The notes: a model not told the origin generated them from the sequence alone. A stretch of DNA of 64,000 nucleotides from Carcharhinus amblyrhynchos (GCA_965287045.1 OZ336875.1:97464001-97528000); one strand, 5' to 3'. Positions 1-11,939 are shown, counted from the first letter of the stretch. Numbers and translations are program-made.

Positions 1-550
1 CGACTTCAGAGTGGCGACAGGATCCCCCACCCCTACCGATTTCCCCCTCCAGGCCCTGCCCCTATATCTCATTCCCATATGCCCCACTCCATGGCACTGC
101 TCTATGCCTGGTGAGCAGTGCCAAGGTGGCCTCTGAGCATTGGCACGTTGCCCCTTGGGATCAGGCTGGCACTTCCAGGGTACCCAGGGGGCATCAACCC
201 AGCCCTCCCATCCAACTCCCTGGGGGGCCCTGATTGCTCCCCCACCCCCCACCCCCCCCACTTTTCACTGCAGCAGAGTTGGGCTGCTAACTCTCTGAAA
301 GTGGAGAGTTCCCCACTGGAAAGAAGCACTCTGGCAGGGTGGGAGAGGTTAGCGAGCCCGGAGAATTCAGTCCCGGCTCCGGTAATAGCATTTAAATAGC
401 TGATTTCTAGCGCCGAGCAGACGTGCGGAAATCTGGTGCTGGGAGATGCTCAAGGAGCACGCGGAAACCCCATGAATTGCCCCCACCGTGTGATTCTCCT
501 GGCCCACTGCGCTAAAGAATTACTGCAGCGGAATGGGAGAATCGCCCCCT
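1..550. mobile_element. Right part of a GC-rich non-autonomous inverted-repeat element (MITE-like, probably PIF/Harbinger)
   Basis: Ends in GGGAGAATCGCCCC, the reverse complement of the GGGYGRRATTYTCC terminus shared by many elements in this window. GC-rich interior with TGGCA/TGCCA motifs. Confidence 0.5.
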
Positions 551-1037
551 ATAAGTCCAATGGGGAATCCTCGTAGGTATGATAGAAAAGCAATTAAGCT
601 GGTTAAAAAGAGCCTTTTTAATCATGAATTCCTCCTTTTCAATCAGTGTGCAGCTTCCACGCTGTGTTAGAACCTCATTAGGATCATGAAGGTGAGTACA
701 CAGTGTAAAAAGCCTCTTCAGTGATCAGTTACACTGAAGAGCTTTAACTATGGCCATTGAGGGACTTCTATCCAAAGCATTTCTCTCAGAGTACTTTCAT
801 TGCTTAACAGTTAATTTCCAGCTTCTTGGAAGGCTGCTCACCTGCAGCAGCACTGCCTTGCTGCCAGCCTTCACCATAGCGTAGGAGCAACTTATGCAGC
901 TCCACCTTCCTACTTTGTTGAGGATCAAATGCAGAAGCCATATCACTGCCAGCAGCTTTAGCAACAACACCCAATACCTTCTCCTCACTTGCATCCAGCT
1001 CCACAGGGTGGTAAATGGATAGACACCAAAATCTAGC

Positions 1038-1290
1038 TGGAAGGAGGTGCCATCTTCAATATAAGGTTTACAGACAAAGTATCAGCTTCCTTGATATGTC
1101 TGAACATTGCCTTAGGAGGCTTATGCCCTCACACCAGGCTGTCCTTGGAACAAGACCTCCTTCCCAGTGGAATAAAGTGAGCTTGTGAAGAGGCTGGAAT
1201 TGCATCATCTTTATGACTGTGCTGCAACTGAGAGGCTTAACAAAGACAACCACATGTTGCTAATGGCTGAAAGGGTGCCTGCCACTGGCA
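1038..1290 (+). pseudogene. Decayed N-terminal fragment of a Harbinger (HARBI1-like) transposase
   Basis: Translates GRRCHLQYKVYRQSISFLDMSEHCLRRLMPSHQAV, then after a frameshift QDLLPSG ... HMLLMAERVPA. This resembles the RVYRxRxSFLDMSExQCLRRLRLS / DLxPxG..HALPVAVKV start of Harbinger transposases. Interrupted by an 82-bp insertion at 1170-1251. Confidence 0.55.
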
Positions 1291-1580
1291 GCGCAGTGAT
1301 CCAATCACCCTGGTCTGTTTTCTTCTTGATAGGTAATGTGTTCTCTCCTACAAGGAAAGAAAGCAGAGAGGTGTGAATGCTCCTAATGGCACATGTGGAG
1401 AGAGGAGAGGAATGAAGATTTGAGGATTGAAAAAAATCAAGAGTAAAGCTTGTCATAGTCATTTAAGAAATTACTCTTATCAGTGACAATGCACTGCAAT
1501 TTAATGTATTTGCAAGAACAATCATTTCACACTTCCAGCACAGATAACATGAGAAGGTAGGAACAGGTTACTGAGCTCAT

Positions 1581-1811
1581 GAAACCAAAAGAGAAAATGC
1601 TGGAAAATTTCAGCAGGTCTGGCAGCATCTGTAAGGAGAGAAAAGAGCTGATGTTTCATATCAGATGATCCTTTGTTAAAGCTTCTGGTCATCTGGACTT
1701 GAAACATCAGCTCTTTCCTCTCCTTACAGATGCTGCCAATCCTGCTGAGATTTTCCAGCATTTTTTCTTTTGGTTTCAGATTCCAGTATCCGCAGTAATT
1801 TGCTTTTATTA
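1581..1811 (+). mobile_element. Fold-back Penelope-like element terminal remnant
   Basis: About 90-bp inverted arms (GAAACCAAAAGAGAAAATGCTGGAAAAT... / ...ATTTTCCAGCATTTTTTCTTTTGGTTTC) plus an unpaired 3' tail. Flanked by direct repeat AGCTCAT (1574-1580, 1812-1818). Confidence 0.75.
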
Positions 1812-2712
1812 AGCTCATAAATCTGCTCTGATGTACAATTAGATCATCATTGATTTTACCTTAACCCCATTTACTCACCTTGACTCAGTATCCCTTGAGG
1901 AAGTCATCCCTCCATTTCTACCCAATAAATCTTTTTTAACGTTTTGAAGTGCTCATTTAGATCAGCTATCCTCAGTGTTATATACTCAAGGGAATGCAAG
2001 ACACCTTCACGCTACTTATTCTCATTATTTGGGCATTTAGCCTCGCATATCACGCTATATATAAAACTCCACTTCTGGATCAAATTCCTGGCAAAAATAG
2101 CTCAATAGCAGAACTGAAGAGTGAAATATGTGAATTAACGATAAGGCCACACAAGTATTAGAAAAGACTGGTAGCAATACAAGCACATTTTATGATGAGA
2201 GACCAATTTCCTGCCGTGAAGAAGGTCAGAAGTCCAAAAGCAGGTACATGACTAAGACTGTTATGAATGGATTAACTGCAACCTTCCACTTTAGACCTAA
2301 TTTGTATGTGAATTGTTTAATAGTGCTCATCAGGATATATAAAGGGGTTATAGGTGGCACTGAATGTTGGGTGTGTGTATGTGGAGTTGCAAAACAGAAT
2401 AAAGTGAGCTTGTGAAGAAGCTGGAATTGCATTATCTTTATTACTGGGCTGCAACTGAGAGGGCTTAACAAAGGCAACCTCAAAGGTAATTATTAACATA
2501 ACAGTAATGTAGCAAGATATATTTACAAATGAGAAAAATATTGTTTTACAAATGTGTGTCAAATTTCATTGTACTGGCTCAGATGTTAGTGAAACTATTA
2601 CAGAAACATGACCAAATTACGCAAATAATGTTATATGTAAGACGTTGAGCAAGACGAAATTTCCACAGCCTAATGACCTTGCTGCAATGTAAATACTCTT
2701 ACATAGAATGTT

Positions 2713-3486
2713 GGGTGGAATCTTACGAGAGTTTGGCAGAATATCTGTTCTGGTGAAAATCTGCTGCAGAACTCTCCAGTTCTGCTGGCCAGGTTTCTCT
2801 CCAGGCTTTGTGACTTTAACTGGCTCCACTAAGATTAAGAGCACCCAGATAACTAGAAAAACAATTCATTCCCCCCCGCCTCCAATAGAGGTACCTGGCT
2901 TTCGCCACCACATCCCACCCCTTATTCATCTCTGGCAATGGTCAGACCCCATGGTCTGATCACCAGCACTGGCTGCACCTCCCACCCCTCCCCTGGTCAT
3001 TGTTGGCATTGCCCCCCTCACCCCCTGATCCTCACTGGCATTGCCCACCCTTCTTCCCTGCCCAATCATTGCTGATATTGCTAACCTGTGCTGTGGGCAT
3101 TGCAAGGGTACTGCCTGGCACTGTTCCTCTTCCCGCTACCCCCCCTTCCCCACCCCTCTGGGGACTAGAGTGACTTTTGTACCCTGGAGGAGTGGGGGGA
3201 GAAATCTCCTCAACAGGTCCACATCTGGATGAACTTGTTATAAACCGTGATGACATTGAGATACGAAAATCTATTGGGGAGACAAGATCTAACGAGTAGT
3301 GTCTTTAACTAGACTCAAATTTATTTAAATGCATTCAAATCAGGTTATTTTCTAATATGGGCACAAAACTGTTTACATTGTCTGCGGAGGGTGGCAAAAA
3401 TCGGCTTTCGCAATTCCTGGATTTCGCTGGACCTTGAACCTCCACCAGCGATCTCACTGATGGAGAGTGTAGGCAAGATCCTAGCC
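2713..3486. mobile_element. MITE-like inverted-repeat element
   Basis: Termini GGGTGGAATCTTAC ... GCAAGATCCTAGCC (imperfect TIRs); C-rich interior like the other copies. Confidence 0.5.
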
Positions 3487-3497
3487 ATAGTATACAG

Positions 3498-3605
3498 CAA
3501 GTAGTGGATCCACACAGCCAAAGGATTTAGCATCTTATAAAGTGTTGAACTGTTTGAGTTTGGAAGAGACTGAAACTTTGAAGAGTAGATATTGGACGTT
3601 TAACG
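3498..3605 (+). CDS. Candidate internal exon of an unidentified gene (may be non-coding or decayed)
   Basis: Ends at a consensus donor ACG|GTAAGT (phase 1). One open frame SSGSTQPKDLASYKVLNCLSLEETETLKSRYWTFN. Acceptor uncertain (CAG at 3497 or 3517, weak pyrimidine tract). Confidence 0.25.
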
Positions 3606-3944
3606 GTAAGTAACTAATTATTCATATTCTACAATTCTCACAATATATTGCATTAAGATGTCCATATACATTGCGCATAAATGGTTCATTAATGAAATGA
3701 CTGGTTTGCTGTTTCCATGGAAATATAATATCCTAAAATGAGATCTCAAAAACAAATCCTAAAGGCATAGTGATACAAATGAATTGAAATTATTCAATTA
3801 CTGTTAATCAGTGTTATGTTTGTAAATTGATTAAACTGCAAATGCATTTCATAAAACATTAGTATCCTTAGAATTCTGTATAATCTAAATAAATTAGCCC
3901 CATAATAGAGCAAGTTATGAAATTGCAGGAATTGTGTATTTATA

Positions 3945-4912
3945 GGGGTGGTTCTCCGGCCTCTCAATGCCTTGAGTAGATCGCACTGATCCTGGAGAAT
4001 ACTGTGTGAGCCTAAAGATCGGTTTCACAAATGGCGCCAAACAGTTTGCGATTCTAATGGCGCAACCAGATTGTTCCCAGAAAGGGCACGAGGCCAATAT
4101 GCATTAGATTGACCAGATTTCAATCTCGTTAGTGAATTGGGCACGCAATCCTCCCCCCTCCTTGAATGTTCTTATCTTTCTGGCAGGAGGTAACACTGGC
4201 ATGAGTCACTACTGGTCTCCACCAGCGGAGATTTGACACAAATGGTCATGCCAGGGTGTCTGGGGGTGGGGGGCATTAAAGCCCATGAGTGCTCGGGGGC
4301 ATGGCTGGGCAGTGCCTATTAGACAGTGTCCACCTTGCACACTGGCAGTGCCCACTGGACACTCTGGCAGTGGCTAGGTGGACACCCTAGTAGTGCCAAT
4401 TGGGCACGACTAATGCGGCAGAGGCAGTGCTGAGTGCTTGGGCATGTGTGGAGGCCATAATGGGGGACTGTGCATTGAGGGGGGGGGGGGGGAGATGGGG
4501 GGGTTGCTGACACTGTTGTCATGCAAGGGTGGATCATGAATGCTGTCATGATGAGAGGGCAATGACAGGGGTCAGACAGGGGAACCCATTGGGTGGGACC
4601 CGATGCCCCAGTGCTGGCAACTCGTGTGAAGAAGGGGTGCGGGAACATGCTTTCAATGAAGGGGGGCTCAGAATATCCATGGGGGGAGGGAGGGCGACTC
4701 CCAGTGCACTGAGATTGGAGAGTCCTTGTGATATGGCGCCTGAGCGCTCCCGGCATGTGTAGCACCCCCACACATCCCCAATACTGACGCAAAACTCCCA
4801 ACTCTCCATAAAGTGATTGATTGTGGTGTGGCGTGTGCCTGGGAGACTGGTACAGATTATTCCATTATTCTTACCATTATGGCACTTGGAAAATTTCTGG
4901 GAGGATTCCACC
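3945..4912. mobile_element. MITE-like inverted-repeat element
   Basis: Termini GGGGTGGTTCTCC ... GGAGGATTCCACC; G-rich interior. Confidence 0.5.
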
Positions 4913-5459
4913 AATGTCCTTTCATTGCTGTTAGACTCATATAATAGGCTTTTTGTTTATTTTTAAGGTGGGCCTAATGCACTCTCCTGGATCTTATGAC
5001 TTTTTATTTGATTTGTTGATTTACAACTGTTTGGCAGATCAGGTACTTTGGACAGTTTTTTTCCCTCATTTGGGAAATCCAGAATTGCTTTCAGTTTTAG
5101 TTAGAAGCTGTTGGACTTCAGACTGCAAAGGGTATTTTTCTCTCTCTCCCTGGTATTGGAAATTCTGTAGGCTAATTGGAAGCAGTCTTTCTTGCCTCTT
5201 AGGAGTGCAAGTTTTGCTGTTTGTGGTTCGTTAGCTAGAGGCAAGCAGTGGCATAATCTCTATGTTGACGTGTGCTGGGAGCTACAAGACTGGGAAGTCA
5301 GAGTTTCAATTCTGCATCCAAAGGACTAATTCACAGCAGGTATTGCGAAGCTGTAAGATCCAGTATCATATCAGCATTCTTATTTTCTCTGCTAAACCTG
5401 GGACAGGTGTATGCTTGTAAGAACGTTTGTTTGGTTGGAACAATACATTGAGCTGTTAT

Positions 5460-7046
5460 CATCCGAGGGTTCTGAAAGAAATGGCGGAGGTGATAGTGGA
5501 TGCCTTGGTGGTTATTTTCCAGACGTCGCTGGATTCCGGGGAAGTGCCGGAGGATTGGAAAACGGCTAATGTTACGCCGTTGTTTAAGAAGGGTGCCAGG
5601 CAAAAGGCGGGGAATTACAGGCCGGTTAGTTTAATGTCTGTGGTAGGTAAAATGTTAGAATCCGTCATTAAGGAGGAAATTGCGAGGCATCTTGAAGGGA
5701 ATTGCTTGATAGGGCAGACGCAACACGGTTTCATTAAAGGGAAGTCGTGTCTGACAAATTTACTGGAGTTCTATGAGGATGTGTCTAGGGCGGTGGATAG
5801 AGGAGAGCCGGTGGATGTGGTCTTTCTGGATTTTCAGAAGGCGTTTGATAAGGTACCTCACAAGAGGTTACTGCAGAAGGTCAGAGGACATGGAGTTGGG
5901 GGTAGGGTGTTAGCGTGGATAGAGGATTGGTTGTCAAATAGGAGGCAGAGAGTGGGGGTCAATGGGTGCTATTCGGATTGGCGGTTGGTGACTAGTGGGG
6001 TGCCCCAGGGGTCGGTGCTGGGGCCTCAGCTATTTACCATTTATATAGATGATCTGGAGGAGGGAACCGAGTGTAGGGTGTCGAAATTTGCTGATGACAC
6101 CGAAATTTGCTGATGACACCAAGATTGGGGGAAAGGCAAATTGTGCGGAGGGTGTGGAGAGTCTGCAGAAGGATCTAGATAGGCTGGGCGAATGGGCCAG
6201 GAAATGGCAAATGGAATTTAATGTTGGCAAGTGTGAGGTGGTCCACTTTGGTAGGAAGAATGGTAGGAAGGACTATTACTTACGTGGCGAAAAACTGCAG
6301 CAGGCGACGGTGCAGAGGGACCTCGGGGTCCTTGTGCATGAGTCGCAAAAACCCAGCCTGCAGGTGCAGCAGGTGGTCAGGAAGGCGAATGGGATGCTGG
6401 CCTTCATAGCGAGGGGGATTGAATATAAAAGTAGGGAGGTCTTGCTGCAGCTGTATAGGGCATTGGTGAGGCCGCAGCTGGAGTACTGTGTGCAGTTTTG
6501 GGCGCCGCACCTGCGCAAGGATATTTTGGCCTTGGAGGGAGTGCAGAGGAGGTTTACTAGGCTGATACCGGAGTTGAGGGGGTTGAGCTATGAGGAGAGG
6601 CTGAATAAACTAGGCTTGTACTCGTTAGAGTTTAGAAGAATGAGGGGAGATCTCATTGAGACGTATAAGATGATGAATGGGATGGATAGGATAGAGGTGG
6701 AAAGACTCTTCCCGCTCAAAAAAGACAGTAGGACTAGGGGGCACAGCCTCAAGATAAAGGGGGGGCGGTTCAGAACGGAGTTGAGGAGGAACTTCTTCAC
6801 TCAAAGGGTGGTGAATCTCTGGAATTCTCTGCCCGTTGAAGTGGTGGAGGCTGCCTCGCTAAATATTTTTAAGAAGCGGGTTGATGGGTTTTTGATAAGA
6901 GAAGGGATTAAGGGTTATGGGGAGAGGGCGGGAAAGTGGAACTGAGCCACGACAGATCAGCCATGATCTTATTGAATGGCGGGGCAGGCTCGAAGGGCCA
7001 GATGGCCTACTTCTGCTCCTATTTCTTATGTTCTTATGTTCTTATG
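5460..7046 (+). mobile_element. Young CR1 LINE, 5'-truncated, RT ORF frameshifted
   Basis: ORFs 5427-6113 and 6049-6945 give the CR1 RT ([34 protein letters not shown]). (TTCTTATG)3 tail. TTATCAT target duplication (5456-5462 / 7048-7054). Confidence 0.97.
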
Positions 7047-7060
7047 ATTATCATGACCAG

Positions 7061-7397
7061 GGTGGCATGGTAGCACAGTGGTTAGCACTGCTGCTTCACA
7101 GCTCCAGGGAACTGGGTTCAATTCCCGGCTTGGGTCACTGTCCCAGGCAGTTTGCACATTCTCCACGTGTTTGCATGGATTTGCTCCTGTTTCCTCCCAC
7201 AGTCCAAAGATTTGTGGGTTGGGTTGATTGGCCATGCTAAAAATTGCCCCTTAGTGTACTGAGATGCATAAGTTAGAGGGATTAGTGGGTAAATATGTAG
7301 GGATATGGGGGTAGGGCCTGGGTGGAATTGTGGTTAGTGCAGACTCAATGGGCCAAATGGCCTCTTCCTGCACTGTAGGGTTTTGATGATTCTATGA
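7061..7397 (+). mobile_element. HE1-like V-SINE with CR1-type tail
   Basis: tRNA-like head (TAGCACAGTGG A box, GGTTCAATTCC B box), GTTTGCACATTCTCC core, tail GGGCCAAATGGCCTCTTCCTGCACTGTAGGG...TTCTATGA. Confidence 0.92.
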
Positions 7398-8019
7398 TCG
7401 TGTTTTGTTTTATTGTCTGTAATTGGTAAGAGTTCTTGCTAATTTTCTTTTTCTATGTTAACTGTATTCTTAAATAAACTTTGTTTGATAAAATCTCCCC
7501 AGTAGGTCATTTGAATTGTACTTGGAGAGAAACATCTTATTCTTACCCATGCTAAATTCAAAGTGCAAAACTTGTGATCTAGATTGACTTAAAAAATCGC
7601 TGGCGTTTCTGACCTGGATTACAACAATTACTGAACTGATCACTTTACCAAGTCCTACAACTGATTATTCAGATAACTTTTGTCCCAACAGCCTTATAAT
7701 TTGCTCTTATCAAGAGCTTAAAATTCCTTTCTTCTTTCTTTTATATATGTATTCTTCTTTTCTTCTGTGTCTGGACCACTGTTGCTAGGCAACTGTAAAG
7801 TTTTATATTCCAGAATCACTAAACTTTTAATCCCCTTTTTAATTCATCTCTTTACTTTTAGGGATTGGGAAATCTGATTTTAAAATGTATATAGATGAAC
7901 CTAAAAGACCTGACCTTTTTAGTCAGGAATTAATCCAGACTCCCAGGCACCAAGGCTAACAAACTGAATAAATGAAACTGAACCACTGCTTAACACACAG
8001 ATATACTTTAAAATTATAC

Positions 8020-8440
8020 ATTGTACACAACATTTTAGAAGAATATTCCTGCACTACATATGCTGTACACCAGTGCCATGCCAAGGAGCTCAAGCACTTT
8101 CACCTGAGCTGCCTTCAGAAGTTTCTGAAAAATCAGATGACAGGGCAAAATCCCAGACACTGAGGCGCTCATTTGAGCTGGCATGTCAAACATCTACACT
8201 GAAACTGTCACAATGGGGTTGGGGTGGTCACATAGCTGGAATAGCTGACACTAGCCTACTGAAGCAAGTGTTCAATGGAAAGCTTGGGTCTGGGGTTCAA
8301 TCTCATGGTAGTCAAAGGAAGTGCTGCAAGGAGAATCTGAGTGCTTTATTTCTGAATTTTGATATCAATTCTGAGTTTTGGAAGAAGCTTATTCAGGTTT
8401 GCTGAACCTGGAACTAAATAAAAATGATGCCTCCTCCTTT
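8020..8440 (+). mobile_element. RTE-clade LINE 3' fragment
   Basis: Degenerate HAKELKHFHLSCL..IPDTE..WGGHI..LLKQVFNG..RKCCKENL, the RTE C-terminal region. Confidence 0.75.
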
Positions 8441-10316
8441 TTGAAGTCCAGTACAAATAGAGACAGGGGAAAACACAGGAGGGCAAAAAGAGGACACGAG
8501 ATTGTTTTGGCAGATAAGGCAAAGGAGAATCCAAAGAGCTTCTACAAATACATAAAGGGCAAAAGAATAACAAGGGAGAGAGTAGGGCCTCTTAAGGATC
8601 AACAAGGTCATCTATGTGCAGATCCACAAGACAGGGTGAGATCCTAAATGAATATTTCTCATTAGTATTTACTGTTGAGAAAAGCATGGATGTCAGGGAA
8701 CTTGGGGAAATAAAGAGTGATGTCTTGAGAAGTGTACATATTACAGAGAAGGAGGTGCTGGAAGTCTTAACGCGCATCAAGGTAGATAAATCCCTGATGA
8801 AATGTATTCCAGGACATTGTGGGAGTTTAGGGAGGAAATTGCACATCCCCTAGCCATGATATTCGAATCATCGATAGTCACGGGTGAGGTGCCTGAAGAT
8901 TGGAGAGTGGCAAATGCTGTGCCTCCAAAAAGGGCTGCAGGGAAAAGCCTGGGAACTACAGGCCAGTGAGCCTCACATCTGTGGTGAGTAAGTTGTTGAA
9001 AGGTATTTTGAGAGACAGGATCTACAGGCACTTAGAGATACAAGGACTAATTAGGGACAGTCAGCATGGCTTTGTGAGTGGAAAATCATGTCTCACAAAT
9101 TTGACTGAGTTTTTTGAAGGGGTGGCCAAGAAGATAGATGAGGGCAGTCTAGCTGATGTTGTCTACATGGACTTTAGCAAAGCCTTTGATAAGGTACCGC
9201 ATGGTAGATTGTTGCATAAGGTTAAATCTCATGGGATCCAGGGTGAGGTATCTAAATGGATAAAAAATTGGCTTCTTGACAGAAGCCAGAGGGTGGTTGT
9301 AGAGAGTTGTTTTTCAAACTGGAGGCCTGTGACCAGCGGTGTGCCTCAGGGATCAGTGCTGGGTCCACTGTTATTTGTCATTTATATTAATGATTTGGAT
9401 GAGACTATAGGGGGCATGGTTAGTAAATTTGCAGATGACACCAAGATTGGTGGCATTGTGGACAATGAAGAAAGATATCTCCAATTGCAACGGGAACTTG
9501 ATCAATTGGGCCAGTGGGCTGACAAATAGCAGATGGAGTTTAATTTAGACAAATGCGAGGTGAGGCATTTGGTAAATTGAATCAAGGCGGGATTTACTCA
9601 GTTAATGGTAGGATGTTGGGGAGAGTTACAAAGAACAAAGAGATCTACGAGTACAGGTTCATAGCTCCTTGAAAGTGGAATCACAGGTGGATAGAATGGT
9701 GAAGAAGGCATTCGGCATGCTTGGTTTCATCAATCAGAACATAGAATACAGGAGTTGGGATGTCTAGTTGTACAAGACATTGATAAGGCCACACTTGGAA
9801 TACTGTGTGCAATTCTGGTCGCCCTATTGTGGAAAGGATATTATTAAACTAGAAAGAATGCAGAAAAGGTTTACTAGGATGCTATTGGGACTTGATGGTT
9901 TGAGTTAAAAAGAGGCTGAATAGACTGGAACATTTTTTCTCTGGAGCATAGGGGGCTGAGGAGTGACGTTATAGAAGTCTATAAAATAATGAAGGGCATA
10001 GATAAGGTAGATAGTCAATATCTTTTCCCAAAGGAGGGGAGTCTAAAACTAGAGGGCATAGATTTATGGTGAGAGGAGCAATTTTTTCACAGAGGGTGGG
10101 GAATATCCGGAACAAGCTGCCAGAGGTAGCAGTAGAGACGGGTAAAATTTTGTCTTTGAAAAAGCATTTAGATAGTTACATGGATAAGATGGGTATAGCG
10201 GGATATGGGCCAATGCGGGCAATTGGGATTAGCTTAGGGGTTTTTAAAAAAAGGTGGCATGGACAAGTTGAGCCAAAGGGCCTGTTTCCAATATGTAAAC
10301 CTCTATGACTCAATGA
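8441..10316 (+). mobile_element. Older CR1 LINE (second family), multiple frameshifts
   Basis: ORF 8900-9529 RT ([30 protein letters not shown]); tail CTCTATGACTCAATGA. Confidence 0.93.
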
Positions 10317-10684
10317 GAAGAAATCCCCAGCCAGCAATTCATCCAAAATTCAATTGTGGGCGGTATCCTTTCCTATTCGCTGCAAAATTTTCATCTGGCC
10401 AGTCACCTATATATGCACTGGAACCCTACCAAACCCTATCCCTGAAGAATGTACAAGGAGTTTATATTCACCATGACTCATACCTCCCTTTCGTATACTT
10501 ACTTTTACTTACACATATTTCACATTGCTGCAAGGCACATACACACGTGTCATAGCTTGCACATACTGCCAGCCAGGTGCATGATCCAAATACATTGCAC
10601 CACACTGACAAACACTTTCCTCACCTTTTCAGGTCAAGGTGGCCAATAATCAACCATAATCAAAATGCATCATGCAACCATGCA

Positions 10685-11454
10685 TGATGCATTTTGGTAG
10701 ATCTAATGCAGGGGTGAGTTATACAATAAATGGCAGAACCATCAGGAGTATAGTCACACAGAGGGATCTGGGTGTGCAAGCCCACAAATCCTTAAAGATG
10801 GCAACATAGATGGAAAAGGTGGTGAAGAAGGCATATGGCATGCTTGCCTTTATTGGACAGGGCATAGAGTATAAAAGTTGGCATATGATGTCGTACTTAT
10901 ATAAAATGTTGCTTAGGTCACATTTGGAATACTGCGTCCAATTCTGATCGCCACACTGCCAGAAAGACATGGAGGCTTTGGAGAGAGTACAGAAAAGATT
11001 TGCCAGGATGTTGCTTGATATGGAGGGTCTTAGCTATGAGGTGAGATTGACTAAACTAGGGCTGTTCTCTAGGGAAAGATGGAGGTTGAGGGGCGACCTA
11101 ATAGAAGTTTTTAAAATTATGAAGGGCATAGATAGGGTGAACTGTTGGAAGCTTTTTCCCAGGTCGGAAATGACAAACACAAGGGGTCACAAGTTCAAGG
11201 TAAGGGGGGCAAGGTTCAATACAGATATTCAGGGCACGTATTTTACACAGAGGGTGGTGGGGGCCTGGAATGCACTACCAAGCAAGGTGGTTGAGGCAGA
11301 CACATTAGGATCATTTAAGACTTATCTAGATAGCCAAGTGAGCAGACTGGGAATAGAGGGATACAAACGGATAGTCTAGTTAGGAACACATGATCGGTGC
11401 AGGCTTGGAGGGCCGAAGGGCCTGTTCCTGTACTGTATTGTTCTTTGTTCTATG
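10685..11454 (+). mobile_element. CR1 LINE 3' portion (third family)
   Basis: ORF 10969-11379 ALERVQKRFARM..LRGDLIEVFKIM..TRGH..FTQRVV..WNALP; tail TGTATTGTTCTTTGTTCTATG. Confidence 0.92.
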
Positions 11455-11939
11455 ATCATATTGAATGGTGGTGCAGGCTCGAAGAGCCGAATCCTTCAGC
11501 TTTTTTTATGTTTCTATAATAGATGGTAATAGCAGTTATCTGACTAACTGACAGGGGGGGCGGGGGGGGGAGGGGTTGTAGGGAGAAGGAGGAGGAGGTA
11601 TGTGCAGCTTCATGCCCTCTCCCCAGGGGCGCGACGGTACTGGGAACAATTGGAGTGGCCATCACTAGGGTTGTGGCCACCAGCATCACTGAAGTCAATG
11701 AGGATGATGGCATATTCATGTCTAACGCACCTTCACAAATCGTATCACCCTGTTATGATGTACAAACTGCAAATGGTGTAACTTTGCACCTGTTGCTTCT
11801 CCCTACTTCCTTCACCCCAATATTGCCCTTGTACCTTTAAGCTGTCAGATCCCCAAATCTGCCATCTGGCCAGCCAGTGGTGTAGAAAGCTAAATGCCTT
11901 TCTGGGAGGAGGAAGAAATAATCACACAATCTGACATGA

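Larger units (their letters stand above)
4929..7626 (+). mobile_element. Solo LTR (about 0.77 kb net) split by a CR1 and a SINE
   Basis: TGTT...AACA termini, 5-bp flanks ATTGC/ATTAC (1 mismatch), AATAAA at about 7473 near the right end. Confidence 0.6.

Noticed and set aside
708-745. Hairpin CTCTTCAGTG-N8-CACTGAAGAG as a terminator, miRNA or ribozyme
   Set aside because: Too short for a pre-miRNA, no GAAA partner box for the CTGAAGA, and intrinsic terminators do not apply here; probably transposon interior.
804-1004. 66-aa minus-strand ORF as a host gene
   Set aside because: GTG start and no splice support. ELDASEEKVLGVV only weakly resembles Harbinger Myb-like proteins and sits next to a transposase remnant.
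4479-4503. Poly-G/poly-C runs (also 11553-11575, 58520-58550) as G-quadruplex elements
   Set aside because: Homopolymer expansions inside TE remnants; length is error-prone and there is no functional context.
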